64,000 bases of DNA, taken from assembly GCF_053078305.1 (NCBI RefSeq), contig NZ_CP166879.1; one strand, 5' to 3'. The position numbers were made by a program, and so were the translations under genes. The first letter of the stretch is position 1, and every line of letters begins with the position of its first letter. Positions 45,676-56,743 of the stretch are shown in pieces. The notes under the pieces were generated by a model. That model was given only the letters and a program-made list of their open reading frames with translations, did not search any database and was not told the origin of the DNA.

Positions 45676-45716
45676 TTGATAATGATAACCAATATCATAT
45701 GATAATTTTTATCATT
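45676..45716. promoter_or_regulatory. Fur-box-like sequences (GATAATGATAACC... and GATAATTTTTATCATT)
   Basis: Matches to the Fur consensus GATAATGATAATCATTATC in the yjjZ-fhuF divergent region. Confidence 0.55.
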
Positions 45717-45765
45717 TGCAAGCCAGAGAAATCCCTTGCTATCGGGTAAACCTATCGCTAGGATT

Positions 45766-45786
45766 AGCAATCATTATCATTTAGAT
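45766..45786. promoter_or_regulatory. Fur-box-like sequence immediately upstream of fhuF (AATCATTATCATT)
   Basis: Fur-consensus-like 13-mer about 20 bp upstream of the fhuF start; fhuF is a known Fur-regulated gene. Confidence 0.55.
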
Positions 45787-45799
45787 TACTATCCCGATT

Positions 45800-46588
45800 A
45801 TGGCCTATCGTTCCGCACCGCTCTATGAAGATGTTATCTGGCGAACACATCTCCAGCCGCAGGATGCTGGGCTTGCACAAGCCGTACGGGCGATGATCGC
45901 CAAACATCGTGAACATTTGCTGGAGTTTATCCGCCTGGATGAACCCGCTCCGCTTAACGCCATGACGCTGGCGCAATGGTCATCACCGAATGCGCTAAGT
46001 TCTCTACTCGCGGTCTATTCCGATCATATCTACCGCAACCAACCAACGATGATCCGCGAGAACAAACCGCTGATCTCACTGTGGGCGCAGTGGTATATCG
46101 GCCTGATGGTGCCACCATTAATGCTGGCGCTACTGACGCAGGAAAAGGCATTAGATGTGTCGCCGGAACATTTCCATGCTGAGTTTCACGAAACCGGACG
46201 CGTCGCCTGTTTCTGGGTCGATGTGTGTGAAGATAAAAACGCAACACCACATTCGCCGCAGCATCGAATGGAAACGTTAATCAGCCAGGCGCTGGTTCCG
46301 GTTGTGCAAGCACTAGAAGCGACCGGAGAGATCAACGGCAAACTTATCTGGAGTAATACCGGTTATTTGATCAACTGGTATCTCACTGAGATGAAGCAAC
46401 TGCTCGGCGAGGCTACTGTTGAATCGCTGCGTCATGCCCTCTTTTTTGAGAAAACGCTCACGAACGGTGAAGATAATCCACTCTGGCGTACCGTGGTGCT
46501 ACGCGACGGCCTGCTGGTGCGCCGCACTTGCTGCCAGCGTTATCGCTTACCAGATGTGCAGCAATGTGGCGATTGTACGCTGAAATGA
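45800..46588 (+). CDS. fhuF: Ferric-siderophore reductase FhuF (2Fe-2S)
   Basis: 262-aa ORF ending with the C-C-x10-C-x2-C cluster motif (CCQRYRLPDVQQCGDC). Confidence 0.95.
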   Translation: MAYRSAPLYEDVIWRTHLQPQDAGLAQAVRAMIAKHREHLLEFIRLDEPAPLNAMTLAQWSSPNALSSLLAVYSDHIYRNQPTMIRENKPLISLWAQWYIGLMVPPLMLALLTQEKALDVSPEHFHAEFHETGRVACFWVDVCEDKNATPHSPQHRMETLISQALVPVVQALEATGEINGKLIWSNTGYLINWYLTEMKQLLGEATVESLRHALFFEKTLTNGEDNPLWRTVVLRDGLLVRRTCCQRYRLPDVQQCGDCTLK

Positions 46589-46625
46589 AAGCACTGCCGG
46601 GGAAGTAAACCCGGCATCATGCGGA

Positions 46626-47303
46626 TTAATAGGGATGCAACACATTACTTGTTTCGCAATGCCGCATACATAACAGAATATCTGCGGCCTCCAACAACCC
46701 TGCGTCAGAACTGACGCCCAGTTTCGACATCACATTAAATTTATGTGCACGGATCGTTTTGATATTGCGTTTAAGCTGCTCGGCAATTTGTGTCATTGAG
46801 TAGCCACGCGACATAAAGCGCAATATTTCTCTCTCCGTCGGGCTTAACGTCCGGCTTTGGTTAATGTACCACTGATTGTTCAGTCGGTCGGTCGCCTGAC
46901 GTACACCATTTAATGACAAAAAGAGTTCCTGATGAAAAATCTCCAGCGTTGACGCTTTACTTAATACACCGTCCAGCGGTGATGGCGACAATGAACCAAT
47001 CAGCCGAGCTTCAATATCATCATCCGCAATAACTAAACGCCGGGTACGCGGAAACTTAATCGCCAGTTCAGTCAGGCAAGATAATCCCTCTCTGCGCTCA
47101 CTTCTCATGGCAGAAAAAGAAAAAATGACCGCCGCAAACGAGATCCGCGACATGGCATCCTGAAATGACTCCTGACTGGTATAGGTATGGAGCTTATAAG
47201 GGTTGCCCGCAAACTTTCTGAATAAACTCTCAATACCGATACTACTCATGACGCATTTTTCTATGAGTGCGACATTTCTCTTCTTAATTCGGCTGTGTTC
47301 CAT
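46626..47303 (-). CDS. bglJ: LuxR-family transcriptional activator BglJ
   Basis: 225-aa ORF with C-terminal LuxR-type HTH; overlaps the yjjQ 3' end. Confidence 0.93.
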
Positions 47304-47986
47304 TCTGCGGCATCTCCATAAACAGAAGGCAAGTTAAGTTCTCTTGCACCCTGCGCGCTATTTATCCATGCATACATTTCAGCGTTGCTGTGAATTGCCA
47401 GTCGACGCATCGCACTGTTTTTTTGGGCGCTGATAGTTTTATTACTTTTCTTAAGCAATGAAGCTATCTGGTTGATGCCCCATCCTTTACCTAATAGCCG
47501 CAGTACCTTGCGCTCTGAAAGAGTGAGAATGACGGAGCGATAGCTAAAATCATGAGTTTCAGTCATTGCCGGGGAGGTCAGCATGGCGCTGATACGCTCT
47601 GCGTGCGTATTGCCGGAACGTACGGTCTTAACCAGATTCTCAATGGGTTCAACATCAGACAATAACGTCGCCGTAGGGCACATGAGTAATTCTACTGCCT
47701 GGGAATACCAGGAGCGTGACACCATGAAAACCCAGTGAATTTCCCGATATTGTGAGATTAAAGAATAATAATGTTCACAAACAGAACGTGGATCTTCACT
47801 TTCACCGGCTAAATCAGCAATGACTAATCCGGAACGACGTAATTGTAATAAGGTAAGGTCCTCCGCAGAGGCGCTGGATATTATTTCATATTCAGGGAAG
47901 TGAGTCCTCATGACCTCTTTTAACCCTGCTTGCATAACAGGTATTTTACTGATAACAATTCCATTTTTGCAGCATCCTGGCAACAT
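47261..47986 (-). CDS. yjjQ: LuxR-family regulator YjjQ
   Basis: 241-aa ORF ([26 protein letters not shown]...), C-terminal LuxR-type HTH. Confidence 0.92.
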
Positions 47987-48606
47987 ATTTCCTCCACATC
48001 CACTGTCTAAAAATTATGATGGTTTATTCAGGATATTCATTCCTTAAATGTTTCCAGCAAATTAATAGATTAAGCGAATAAATTATCCTTAGCATTCACT
48101 TTCATATCAGCATACTCCTGCTGCACAACAACTCCACTGCATGTGTCAGAAGGTTAGCATCAAATGATAACCTGGTGAAATAGCCTGGAGACATTTAAAA
48201 TATCTACATTAAGTTGTTAGAAATACTTAATGAAAAACAGAAATCTCATTCATTTAATTTATAATTAAATGATATCTCTTCCCGCAGAATGCGGGAATCA
48301 CACAATCAATATTTATTCAATAAAATCTGATGATTTTAACTTGTTAACACTAAAAAACGCGCCCAGCTATCTATTATCCTGACCCGTAAAGGCTAAAACA
48401 ATAAATTCATTATAGTGATAATATTCATGTGATAGTTTGTTTGCGGCGAGAGATAATTCGCTTTTTATCACCGAGCTTGTCCCGATAACCAGGATTAATC
48501 AGCGCAATTTTGATCTTAACCTACCGCAAAACAACCTTGCTTCATGATACAAATGGATTCTCATTATCTGAACAATACGCAGCACGTCTATGACAAAGGG
48601 CGAGTT

Positions 48607-49377
48607 ATGCAAACTGAGCAACAGCGAGCCGTAACACGGCTTTGTATCCAGTGTGGATTATTTCTTTTGCAACATGGTGCGGAAAGCGCGTTGGTTGATG
48701 AGCTTTCCTCACGACTGGGTCGGGCGCTGGGAATGGACAGCGTAGAAAGTTCTATCTCTTCGAACGCCATAGTGCTGACAACTATTAAAGATGGGCAATG
48801 CCTGACATCGACACGTAAAAATCACGATCGCGGCATTAATATGCATGTGGTGACTGAAGTCCAGCACATTGTGATTCTTGCGGAGCATCATCTGCTGGAT
48901 TACAAAGGCGTAGAGAAACGATTTAGCCAAATTCAGCCATTACGTTACCCAAGATGGCTGGTAGCCTTAATGGTTGGCCTTTCTTGCGCCTGTTTCTGTA
49001 AACTCAATAACGGTGGCTGGGATGGTGCCGTCATCACCTTCTTTGCCAGTACGGCCGCGATGTATATCCGCCAGCTGCTGGCACAACGTCATCTTCATCC
49101 ACAAATCAACTTTTGCCTCACCGCTTTCGCCGCCACCACCATTTCCGGATTGCTTTTGCAACTCCCCACTTTCAGCAATACCCCCACCATTGCGATGGCC
49201 GCCAGCGTTCTGCTGCTGGTTCCGGGCTTTCCGTTGATTAATGCCGTCGCCGATATGTTTAAAGGCCACATCAATACCGGACTGGCACGCTGGGCGATCG
49301 CCAGTCTGCTGACACTGGCTACCTGCGTCGGCGTGGTGATGGCACTGACGATTTGGGGGCTACGCGGATGGGTGTGA
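48607..49377 (+). CDS. yjjP: Inner membrane protein YjjP (ThrE-family exporter subunit)
   Basis: ORF 48544..49377; start placed at [30 protein letters not shown] (256 aa). Confidence 0.9.
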   Translation: MQTEQQRAVTRLCIQCGLFLLQHGAESALVDELSSRLGRALGMDSVESSISSNAIVLTTIKDGQCLTSTRKNHDRGINMHVVTEVQHIVILAEHHLLDYKGVEKRFSQIQPLRYPRWLVALMVGLSCACFCKLNNGGWDGAVITFFASTAAMYIRQLLAQRHLHPQINFCLTAFAATTISGLLLQLPTFSNTPTIAMAASVLLLVPGFPLINAVADMFKGHINTGLARWAIASLLTLATCVGVVMALTIWGLRGWV

Positions 49378-49841
49378 TCGAATTTCTGTTTGCATTGGCG
49401 CAGGATATGATCCTCGCCGCCATTCCAGCGGTCGGCTTTGCGATGGTGTTCAACGTTCCCGTGCGGGCGTTACGCTGGTGTGCGCTGCTTGGCTCGATAG
49501 GTCATGGTTCCCGAATGATCTTGATGACCAGCGGGTTGAATATTGAGTGGTCAACCTTTATGGCTTCTATGCTGGTCGGCACCATTGGTATTCAATGGTC
49601 GCGCTGGTATCTGGCGCATCCGAAAGTGTTTACCGTGGCGGCCGTTATCCCTATGTTCCCGGGCATATCGGCTTATACCGCAATGATTTCGGCGGTAAAA
49701 ATCAGCCAGCTAGGTTACAGCGAACCGTTGATGATTACCCTGTTAACCAACTTTCTTACAGCTTCATCGATTGTTGGTGCGTTATCTATCGGTCTTTCCA
49801 TTCCTGGATTATGGTTGTACCGCAAGCGCCCTCGCGTATAA
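49368..49841 (+). CDS. yjjB: Inner membrane protein YjjB (partner of YjjP)
   Basis: ORF 49353..49841; start placed at [31 protein letters not shown] (157 aa); overlaps the yjjP stop. Confidence 0.9.
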   Translation: MGVIEFLFALAQDMILAAIPAVGFAMVFNVPVRALRWCALLGSIGHGSRMILMTSGLNIEWSTFMASMLVGTIGIQWSRWYLAHPKVFTVAAVIPMFPGISAYTAMISAVKISQLGYSEPLMITLLTNFLTASSIVGALSIGLSIPGLWLYRKRPRV

Positions 49842-49948
49842 AATTGCCTCGCTTAAAGCACGCGGATGAGAGACAGCCTCCTCTCCTCCGTGTGTTACTA
49901 TAAAAGTTATCTCCCTTCTCGTTCATCGTTCCATATTTGAGAAACAGT

Positions 49949-50488
49949 ATGTCTTCCAGAGTTTTGACCCCGGACGTCGTTGGTATTGACGCCCTGGTAC
50001 ACGATCACCAAACCGTTCTGGCAAAAGCTGAAGGCGGTGTGGTTGCCGTATTTGCTAACAATGCCCCGGCGTTTTATGCCGTCACGCCTGCACGCCTGGC
50101 TGAACTGCTGGCGCTGGAAGAAAAGCTGGCGCGTCCGGGAAGCGATGTCGCTCTGGACGATCAACTCTATCAGGAACCGCAAGCCGCTCCCGTTGCTGTA
50201 CCCATGGGGAAATTCGCCATGTATCCGGACTGGCAACCCGATGCCGATTTTATCCGCCTGGCGGCGCTATGGGGCGTGGCGCTAAGAGAGCCGGTAACCA
50301 CCGAAGAACTGGCCTCATTCATTGCCTACTGGCAGGCGGAAGGTAAAGTCTTTCACCATGTGCAGTGGCAACAAAAACTGGCGCGCAGCCTGCAAATCGG
50401 TCGTGCCAGCAACGGCGGACTGCCGAAACGAGATGTGAATACGGTCAGTGAACCTGACAGCCAAATTCCACCAGGATTCAGAGGGTAA
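49949..50488 (+). CDS. dnaT: Primosomal protein DnaT
   Basis: ORF 49937..50488; start placed at [30 protein letters not shown] (179 aa). Confidence 0.95.
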
Positions 50489-50490
50489 CG

Positions 50491-51228
50491 ATGAAAAACG
50501 TTGGCGACCTGATGCAACGCCTGCAAAAAATGATGCCTGCCCATATCAAACCTGCATTCAAAACGGGTGAAGAGCTACTGGCCTGGCAGAAAGAACAAGG
50601 GGCGATCCGCTCCGCCGCTCTCGAACGTGAAAATCGGGCGATGAAAATGCAGCGCACCTTTAACCGCTCCGGTATTCGTCCACTGCATCAGAACTGCTCC
50701 TTTGAGAACTATCGCGTTGAGTGTGAAGGGCAGATGAATGCGTTAAGCAAAGCGCGCCAGTATGTCGAAGAGTTTGACGGCAACATCGCCAGCTTCATCT
50801 TTTCTGGTAAGCCAGGAACCGGCAAAAACCATCTGGCGGCGGCAATCTGCAACGAGCTGCTGCTACGCGGTAAATCCGTATTGATCATCACCGTGGCCGA
50901 TATTATGTCGGCGATGAAAGATACCTTCAGGAATAGCGGTACCAGCGAAGAACAACTGCTTAACGATCTGAGCAACGTTGATCTGCTGGTGATCGATGAG
51001 ATCGGCGTGCAGACCGAATCGAAATACGAAAAAGTGATCATCAACCAGATCGTCGATCGCCGCTCTTCTTCCAAACGCCCAACCGGGATGCTGACCAACA
51101 GTAATATGGAAGAGATGACCAAGTTGCTGGGCGAACGCGTGATGGACCGTATGCGCCTGGGTAACAGTTTGTGGGTGATCTTCAACTGGGATAGCTACCG
51201 TAGCCGTGTAACAGGTAAAGAGTATTAA
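50491..51228 (+). CDS. dnaC: Helicase loader DnaC
   Basis: 245-aa ORF with Walker A GKPGTGKNHLAAAI; immediately after dnaT. Confidence 0.96.
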   Translation: MKNVGDLMQRLQKMMPAHIKPAFKTGEELLAWQKEQGAIRSAALERENRAMKMQRTFNRSGIRPLHQNCSFENYRVECEGQMNALSKARQYVEEFDGNIASFIFSGKPGTGKNHLAAAICNELLLRGKSVLIITVADIMSAMKDTFRNSGTSEEQLLNDLSNVDLLVIDEIGVQTESKYEKVIINQIVDRRSSSKRPTGMLTNSNMEEMTKLLGERVMDRMRLGNSLWVIFNWDSYRSRVTGKEY

Positions 51229-51273
51229 TCCCCGTTTCTGGCGGTATACTGCGACACAATTCCACCTTGAGTA

Positions 51274-51771
51274 ATGATGATGAAAACTGTTAAACATCTT
51301 CTGTGCTGTGCCATTGCCGCCAGCGCATTAATTTCCACCGGGGTGCATGCTGCGTCCTGGAAAGATGCGCTCTCCAGCGCCGCCAGCGAACTTGGCAACC
51401 AAAACAGCACGACACAGGAAGGCGGTTGGTCGCTCGCGTCATTAACTAACTTGCTTAGCAGCGGGAACCAGGCCTTAAGCGCAGATAACATGAACAATGC
51501 CGCAGGCATTCTGCAATACTGCGCGAAGCAAAAGCTGGCGTCGGTAACCGATGCCGAAAACATCAAGAATCAGGTGCTGGAAAAGCTGGGCCTGAACAGT
51601 GAAGAGCAAAAAGAAGACACCAACTATCTGGACGGTATTCAGGGTTTGCTGAAAACCAAAGATGGTCAGCAACTCAATCTGGATAACATCGGAACGACTC
51701 CGCTGGCAGAAAAGGTTAAAACCAAAGCCTGCGATCTGGTGTTAAAGCAGGGGCTGAACTTCATTTCCTGA
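51274..51771 (+). CDS. yjjA: YjjA, DUF2501 secreted protein
   Basis: 165-aa ORF with signal peptide (MMKTVKHLLCCAIAASALISTGVHA). Confidence 0.88.
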   Translation: MMMKTVKHLLCCAIAASALISTGVHAASWKDALSSAASELGNQNSTTQEGGWSLASLTNLLSSGNQALSADNMNNAAGILQYCAKQKLASVTDAENIKNQVLEKLGLNSEEQKEDTNYLDGIQGLLKTKDGQQLNLDNIGTTPLAEKVKTKACDLVLKQGLNFIS

Positions 51772-52024
51772 ACCGCGAAACGCCGCGTTTTAGCTGTTAC
51801 CCGGCTGACGCGGCTCTCTCCTGCCCTTTTCCCTGCTCCTGGACAGTTTTCCCCCTGTTACACGGGAAGCGACCGCGATCAAAAAAGTCTGTTTATAAAC
51901 TAATTCCTAACAACATCGCATTTTTTTGACACTAGAATTGCAGCAATATGGCGACGCCATTACATTGTGCTTCTCAAAAAGCTTAAACGTTGGCTAAACG
52001 GCCCGGTTTAGTGAGGATCGCCCG

Positions 52025-54316
52025 TTGTCAGAACTACTCTCTTTCGCCCTTTTTCTCGCCTCTGTGCTGATTTACGCATGGAAAGCGGGACGTAACACCT
52101 GGTGGTTTGCAGCCACGTTAACGGTGCTGGGGCTATTTGTCGTTTTAAATATCACCCTGTTTGCCAGCGACTATTTTACTGGCGATGGTATTAACGACGC
52201 GGTTCTCTATACCTTAACCAACAGCCTGACCGGTGCTGGCGTCAGCAAATACATTTTGCCGGGTATCGGCATTGTGCTGGGGCTGACGGCGGTGTTCGGT
52301 GCGCTGGGCTGGATCCTGCGCCGTCGTCGCCATCATCCGCACCATTTTGGTTACAGCCTGCTGGCGCTCTTACTGGCGCTGGGTTCGGTGGACGCCAGCC
52401 CGGCATTTCGTCAGATAACGGAACTGGTGAAATCCCAGTCACGCGATGGCGACCCGGACTTTGCGGCTTATTATAAAGAGCCGTCGAAAACTATCCCTGA
52501 CCCGAAACTCAACCTGGTTTATATCTACGGCGAAAGTCTCGAGCGGACCTATTTTGATAACGAAGCTTTCCCGGATCTCACGCCTGAACTGGGCGCGTTG
52601 AAAAATGAAGGCCTGGATTTCAGCCACACGCAGCAGCTGCCAGGAACGGATTACACGATTGCGGGCATGGTGGCTTCTCAGTGCGGCATACCGCTGTTTG
52701 CCCCCTTTGAAGGCAACGCCTCCGCTTCTGTTTCCAGCTTCTTCCCGCAGAACATCTGTCTGGGCGATATCCTGAAAAACTCGGGTTATCAGAACTATTT
52801 CGTGCAGGGCGCGAATCTGCGTTTTGCCGGTAAAGATGTGTTCCTGAAGTCGCATGGCTTCGACCACTTATACGGCTCAGAAGAGCTGAAAAGCGTGGTA
52901 GCCGACCCGCACTATCGCAACGACTGGGGATTCTACGACGATACCGTTCTCGATGAAGCGTGGAAAAAGTTTGAAGAGCTTTCCCGTTCTGGTCAGCGAT
53001 TCTCACTGTTTACCCTGACAGTCGATACCCATCACCCGGATGGTTTTATCTCGCGCACCTGTAACCGCAAAAAATATGATTTTGACGGTAAGCCGAATCA
53101 GTCATTCAGCGCGGTAAGTTGCAGCCAGGAGAACATCGCGACGTTTATCAACAAAATCAAAGCGTCACCGTGGTTTAAAGATACTGTCATCGTCGTCTCT
53201 TCTGACCATTTAGCGATGAACAACACGGCGTGGAAATACCTCAATAAGCAGGATCGCAATAACCTGTTTTTTGTCATTCGTGGCGACAAGCCGCAGCAAG
53301 AGACGCTGGCAGTGAAGCGTAACACGATGGATAACGGCGCGACGGTGCTGGACATTCTCGGTGGCGATAACTATCTCGGACTTGGTCGTAGCAGTTTATC
53401 CGGGCAGTCGATGTCGGAAATCTTCCTCAATATCAAAGAGAAAACATTGGCGTGGAAGCCAGATATCATCCGCCTGTGGAAATTCCCTAAAGAGATGAAA
53501 GAGTTCACCATCGACCAGCAGAAAAACATGATTGCCTTCTCGGGTAGCCATTTCCGTTTGCCGCTGCTGTTGCGGGTTTCAGACAAACGCGTGGAACCGC
53601 TGCCGGAAAGCGAATACTCAGCACCGCTGCGTTTCCAGCTGGCCGATTTCGCTCCACGCGACAATTTCGTCTGGGTTGACCGTTGCTACAAGATGGCACA
53701 ACTCTGGGCTCCGGAACTGGCACTTTCCACCGACTGGTGTGTCTCGCAGGGGCAACTTGGCGGTCAGCAAATTGTTCAGCATGTTGACAAAACAACATGG
53801 AAGAGCAAGACGGCATTTAAAGATACGGTCATCGACATGGCGCGTTACAAAGGCAATGTCGATACGCTGAAGATTGTTGATAACGATATTCGCTACAAAG
53901 CCGACAGTTTCATCTTTAACGTCGCCGGTGCGCCAGAAGAGGTGAAACAGTTTAGCGGGATTTCCCGTCCGGAGTCGTGGGGCCGCTGGTCCAACGCGCA
54001 GCTGGGCGATGAAGTAAAAATCGAGTACAAGCATCCGCTGCCGAAGAAATTTGACCTGGTGATTACCGCCAAAGCATACGGCAATAACGCCAGCCGTCCT
54101 ATTCCGGTACGCGTAGGCAATGAAGAACAAACTCTTGTGCTGGGCAATGAAGTGACCACCACCACACTGCATTTCGATAACCCAACCGATGCCGACACAC
54201 TGGTAATTGTGCCGCCGGAACCTGTCTCAACCAACGAAGGGAATATCCTCGGACACTCGCCGCGTAAGCTCGGGATCGGCATGGTAGAAATTAAAGTGGT
54301 AGAACGTGAAGGGTAA
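52025..54316 (+). CDS. opgB: Phosphoglycerol transferase I (OPG biosynthesis)
   Basis: 763-aa ORF with N-terminal TM segments and a sulfatase-like domain; the start codon appears to be TTG. Confidence 0.93.
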   Translation: MSELLSFALFLASVLIYAWKAGRNTWWFAATLTVLGLFVVLNITLFASDYFTGDGINDAVLYTLTNSLTGAGVSKYILPGIGIVLGLTAVFGALGWILRRRRHHPHHFGYSLLALLLALGSVDASPAFRQITELVKSQSRDGDPDFAAYYKEPSKTIPDPKLNLVYIYGESLERTYFDNEAFPDLTPELGALKNEGLDFSHTQQLPGTDYTIAGMVASQCGIPLFAPFEGNASASVSSFFPQNICLGDILKNSGYQNYFVQGANLRFAGKDVFLKSHGFDHLYGSEELKSVVADPHYRNDWGFYDDTVLDEAWKKFEELSRSGQRFSLFTLTVDTHHPDGFISRTCNRKKYDFDGKPNQSFSAVSCSQENIATFINKIKASPWFKDTVIVVSSDHLAMNNTAWKYLNKQDRNNLFFVIRGDKPQQETLAVKRNTMDNGATVLDILGGDNYLGLGRSSLSGQSMSEIFLNIKEKTLAWKPDIIRLWKFPKEMKEFTIDQQKNMIAFSGSHFRLPLLLRVSDKRVEPLPESEYSAPLRFQLADFAPRDNFVWVDRCYKMAQLWAPELALSTDWCVSQGQLGGQQIVQHVDKTTWKSKTAFKDTVIDMARYKGNVDTLKIVDNDIRYKADSFIFNVAGAPEEVKQFSGISRPESWGRWSNAQLGDEVKIEYKHPLPKKFDLVITAKAYGNNASRPIPVRVGNEEQTLVLGNEVTTTTLHFDNPTDADTLVIVPPEPVSTNEGNILGHSPRKLGIGMVEIKVVEREG

Positions 54317-54328
54317 TTCCTGACTGAT

Positions 54329-54357
54329 GTGTAGGTCGCATAAGGTGCGACCTACAC
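54329..54357. terminator. Palindromic hairpin between convergent opgB and lgoD (likely bidirectional terminator)
   Basis: GTAGGTCGCA-TAAGGT-GCGACCTAC perfect stem. Confidence 0.6.
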
Positions 54358-54453
54358 GCCTTCTACGGCTTACAACACATTATTAAGAAACAAAAAAAAC
54401 AGCGCCCAACACTTCCCCGGACGCTGCATGGCAACTTTAATAATCTCGCCTTA

Positions 54454-55476
54454 TCAGAAAGTAATTACGCCTTTAATTAACTCACGATTGTTAATCACAT
54501 CGCGCTCGTAGGTTTCTGCCAGCGTGGCGAACGGGTAGCGATGGGTTAACATCATGTCGGCAGTGATTTTTCCTTCCGCCATCAGTCGACCGACTTTAGC
54601 GAAATCTTCCGGCGTGGCGTTGCGGCTGCCCATCATCGTCGTTTCTTTTTTATGGAATTCAGGATCGGAGAACTGCAACTCTCCTTTAAACAGGCCGACA
54701 AATACCACCGTGCCGCCGTGACGAATCAGATTCACGGTGTTATTCATCGCATGTTGATTGCCTGTCGCGTCGATCACTTTCTGCGCCAGCGAACCACCAA
54801 ACTGCGCCCGCAGCTGCGCGTCAAAATCTTCGGCTGACGGGTCCAGCACGGGCAACTCCAGACGCGTTGCCACATGTTCACGGCGCGCCGGACTGGTATC
54901 CGCCACCACCACCTGTGCGCCATCGGCTTTAGCGATTGCCGCCGCGCCCAGACCGATTGGCCCCGCCCCGACCACCAGCACCTGCTCGCCGGGAGCAATG
55001 GCTGCGCGACGCACCGCATGAGCGCTAATAGCGAAAGGTTCAATCAATGCGGCCGCCTGCGGGTCAATACCGTCTGCGGGCAAAATGTTCGCCACCGGCA
55101 CGCTCAAATACTCACTAAAACCGCCATCCTGATGCACGCCAATGACTGAAATTTTTTCACAGCAATTGGTACGCCCGCTTTTACACGCCGGGCATTGCTG
55201 ACAGGCAACATAAGGGATCACAGCAACTTGCTGACCATTTTTAAGATCAGCAATATTTTTACCCAGCCCAACAATCTCCCCACATATTTCATGGCCTAAA
55301 ACCCGTGGATAACTAAAAAATGGTTGATTACCACCCCAGGCATGAATATCGGTACCGCAAATCCCGACAGACTTAATTTTTATTAATGCTTCATTGTCAC
55401 CCGGAATAGGTATCTCACGTTGTTTCCAGACTAATGCTTTCGGCTGCTGGCAAATTAAAACATTCATCGTAGACAT
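54454..55476 (-). CDS. lgoD: L-galactonate oxidoreductase (Zn-dependent alcohol dehydrogenase family)
   Basis: ORF 54454..55491; start placed at MSTMNVLICQQPK...; GHE and Cys-x2-Cys-x2-Cys zinc motifs. Confidence 0.93.
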   Translation of the reverse strand: MSTMNVLICQQPKALVWKQREIPIPGDNEALIKIKSVGICGTDIHAWGGNQPFFSYPRVLGHEICGEIVGLGKNIADLKNGQQVAVIPYVACQQCPACKSGRTNCCEKISVIGVHQDGGFSEYLSVPVANILPADGIDPQAAALIEPFAISAHAVRRAAIAPGEQVLVVGAGPIGLGAAAIAKADGAQVVVADTSPARREHVATRLELPVLDPSAEDFDAQLRAQFGGSLAQKVIDATGNQHAMNNTVNLIRHGGTVVFVGLFKGELQFSDPEFHKKETTMMGSRNATPEDFAKVGRLMAEGKITADMMLTHRYPFATLAETYERDVINNRELIKGVITF

Positions 55477-55614
55477 GATTCGGCTCTCCATTTTTTGTTG
55501 CCTTAGATATCAATGAAAATGAAAAATGGCAGCGGAACGGAAAATCTGTTTTGTGAAAACACACGCATAAAAATGTTTTAAATCGGGTTTTAATGGACTC
55601 ACAAGGAGGAAAAT

Positions 55615-56529
55615 ATGAGTCGTTCACAAAATTTACGCCACAATGTGATTAACCAGGTCATTGATGATATGGCGCGGGGTCATATCCCTTCCCCACTTCC
55701 ATCGCAAAGTGCGCTGGCGGAAATGTACAACATCAGCCGCACTACAGTGCGTCATATTCTCAGCCACTTACGCGAATGCGGCGTCTTAACGCAGGTTGGA
55801 AACGACTATGTTATTGCGCGTAAACCTGACCATGATGACGGTTTCGCCTGTACTACCGCTTCAATGAGTGAACAAAACAAAGTGTTTGAGCAGGCTTTTT
55901 TCACGATGATAAACCAGCGTCAGTTACGCCCTGGGGAAACTTTTTCTGAACTGCAACTGGCTCGGGCCGCGGGTGTCAGCCCGGTAGTTGTAAGAGAATA
56001 TCTTTTAAAATTCGGCCGTTATAATCTTATTCAAAGCGAAAAGCGCGGCCAGTGGAGCATGAAGCAATTCGATCAATCCTACGCTGAGCAGCTGTTTGAG
56101 CTACGCGAAATGCTCGAAACACATTCACTTCAGCACTTTCTCAACCTGCCTGATCATGATCCCCGCTGGCTGCAGGCGAAAACCATGCTAGAACGTCATC
56201 GGCTACTGCGTGACAACATCGGCAATAGCTTTCGCATGTTCTCGCAACTTGACAGAGATTTTCACTCCTTACTGCTTTCAGCTGCCGACAATATCTTTTT
56301 TGATCAATCGCTTGAGATCATCTCAGTCATCTTTCATTTTCACTATCAATGGGACGAAAGCGATCTTAAACAGCGCAATATCATTGCCGTCGATGAGCAT
56401 ATGACCATTCTCAGCGCTCTGATTTGCCGCAGTGACCTTGATGCCACCCTTGCGCTCCGTAACCATTTGAATTCAGCGAAACAATCAATGATTCGATCCA
56501 TTAATGAGAACACGCGTTATGCTCATTAA
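55615..56529 (+). CDS. lgoR: GntR-family regulator of L-galactonate catabolism
   Basis: 304-aa ORF with N-terminal GntR HTH (LPSQSALAEMYNISRTTVRHIL). Confidence 0.92.
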   Translation: MSRSQNLRHNVINQVIDDMARGHIPSPLPSQSALAEMYNISRTTVRHILSHLRECGVLTQVGNDYVIARKPDHDDGFACTTASMSEQNKVFEQAFFTMINQRQLRPGETFSELQLARAAGVSPVVVREYLLKFGRYNLIQSEKRGQWSMKQFDQSYAEQLFELREMLETHSLQHFLNLPDHDPRWLQAKTMLERHRLLRDNIGNSFRMFSQLDRDFHSLLLSAADNIFFDQSLEIISVIFHFHYQWDESDLKQRNIIAVDEHMTILSALICRSDLDATLALRNHLNSAKQSMIRSINENTRYAH

Positions 56530-56743
56530 GTACGGATTAAAAACAGCAAACTATTAGCGGGTGCACGGTTTTATCAAAAGATAAATACCGGGAAATTCCC
56601 GCTTACCTATGCTCACAATCAGTCGACTAAAAATGTTTTTGTGAGCGGTAGTAAAGTCCTAAAACTTTAACCTGCCGTTAATGTCAACCTTGCGTAATGC
56701 ACAATTACGTAAACAATTAAAATTATAAATACAGGAGTCCGGC

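Noticed and set aside
45660-45770. N-terminal extension of the yjjZ ORF to 115 aa
   Set aside because: The extension runs through the Fur-box promoter region. The start was taken at the internal Met, giving the 78-aa protein I recognise as YjjZ.
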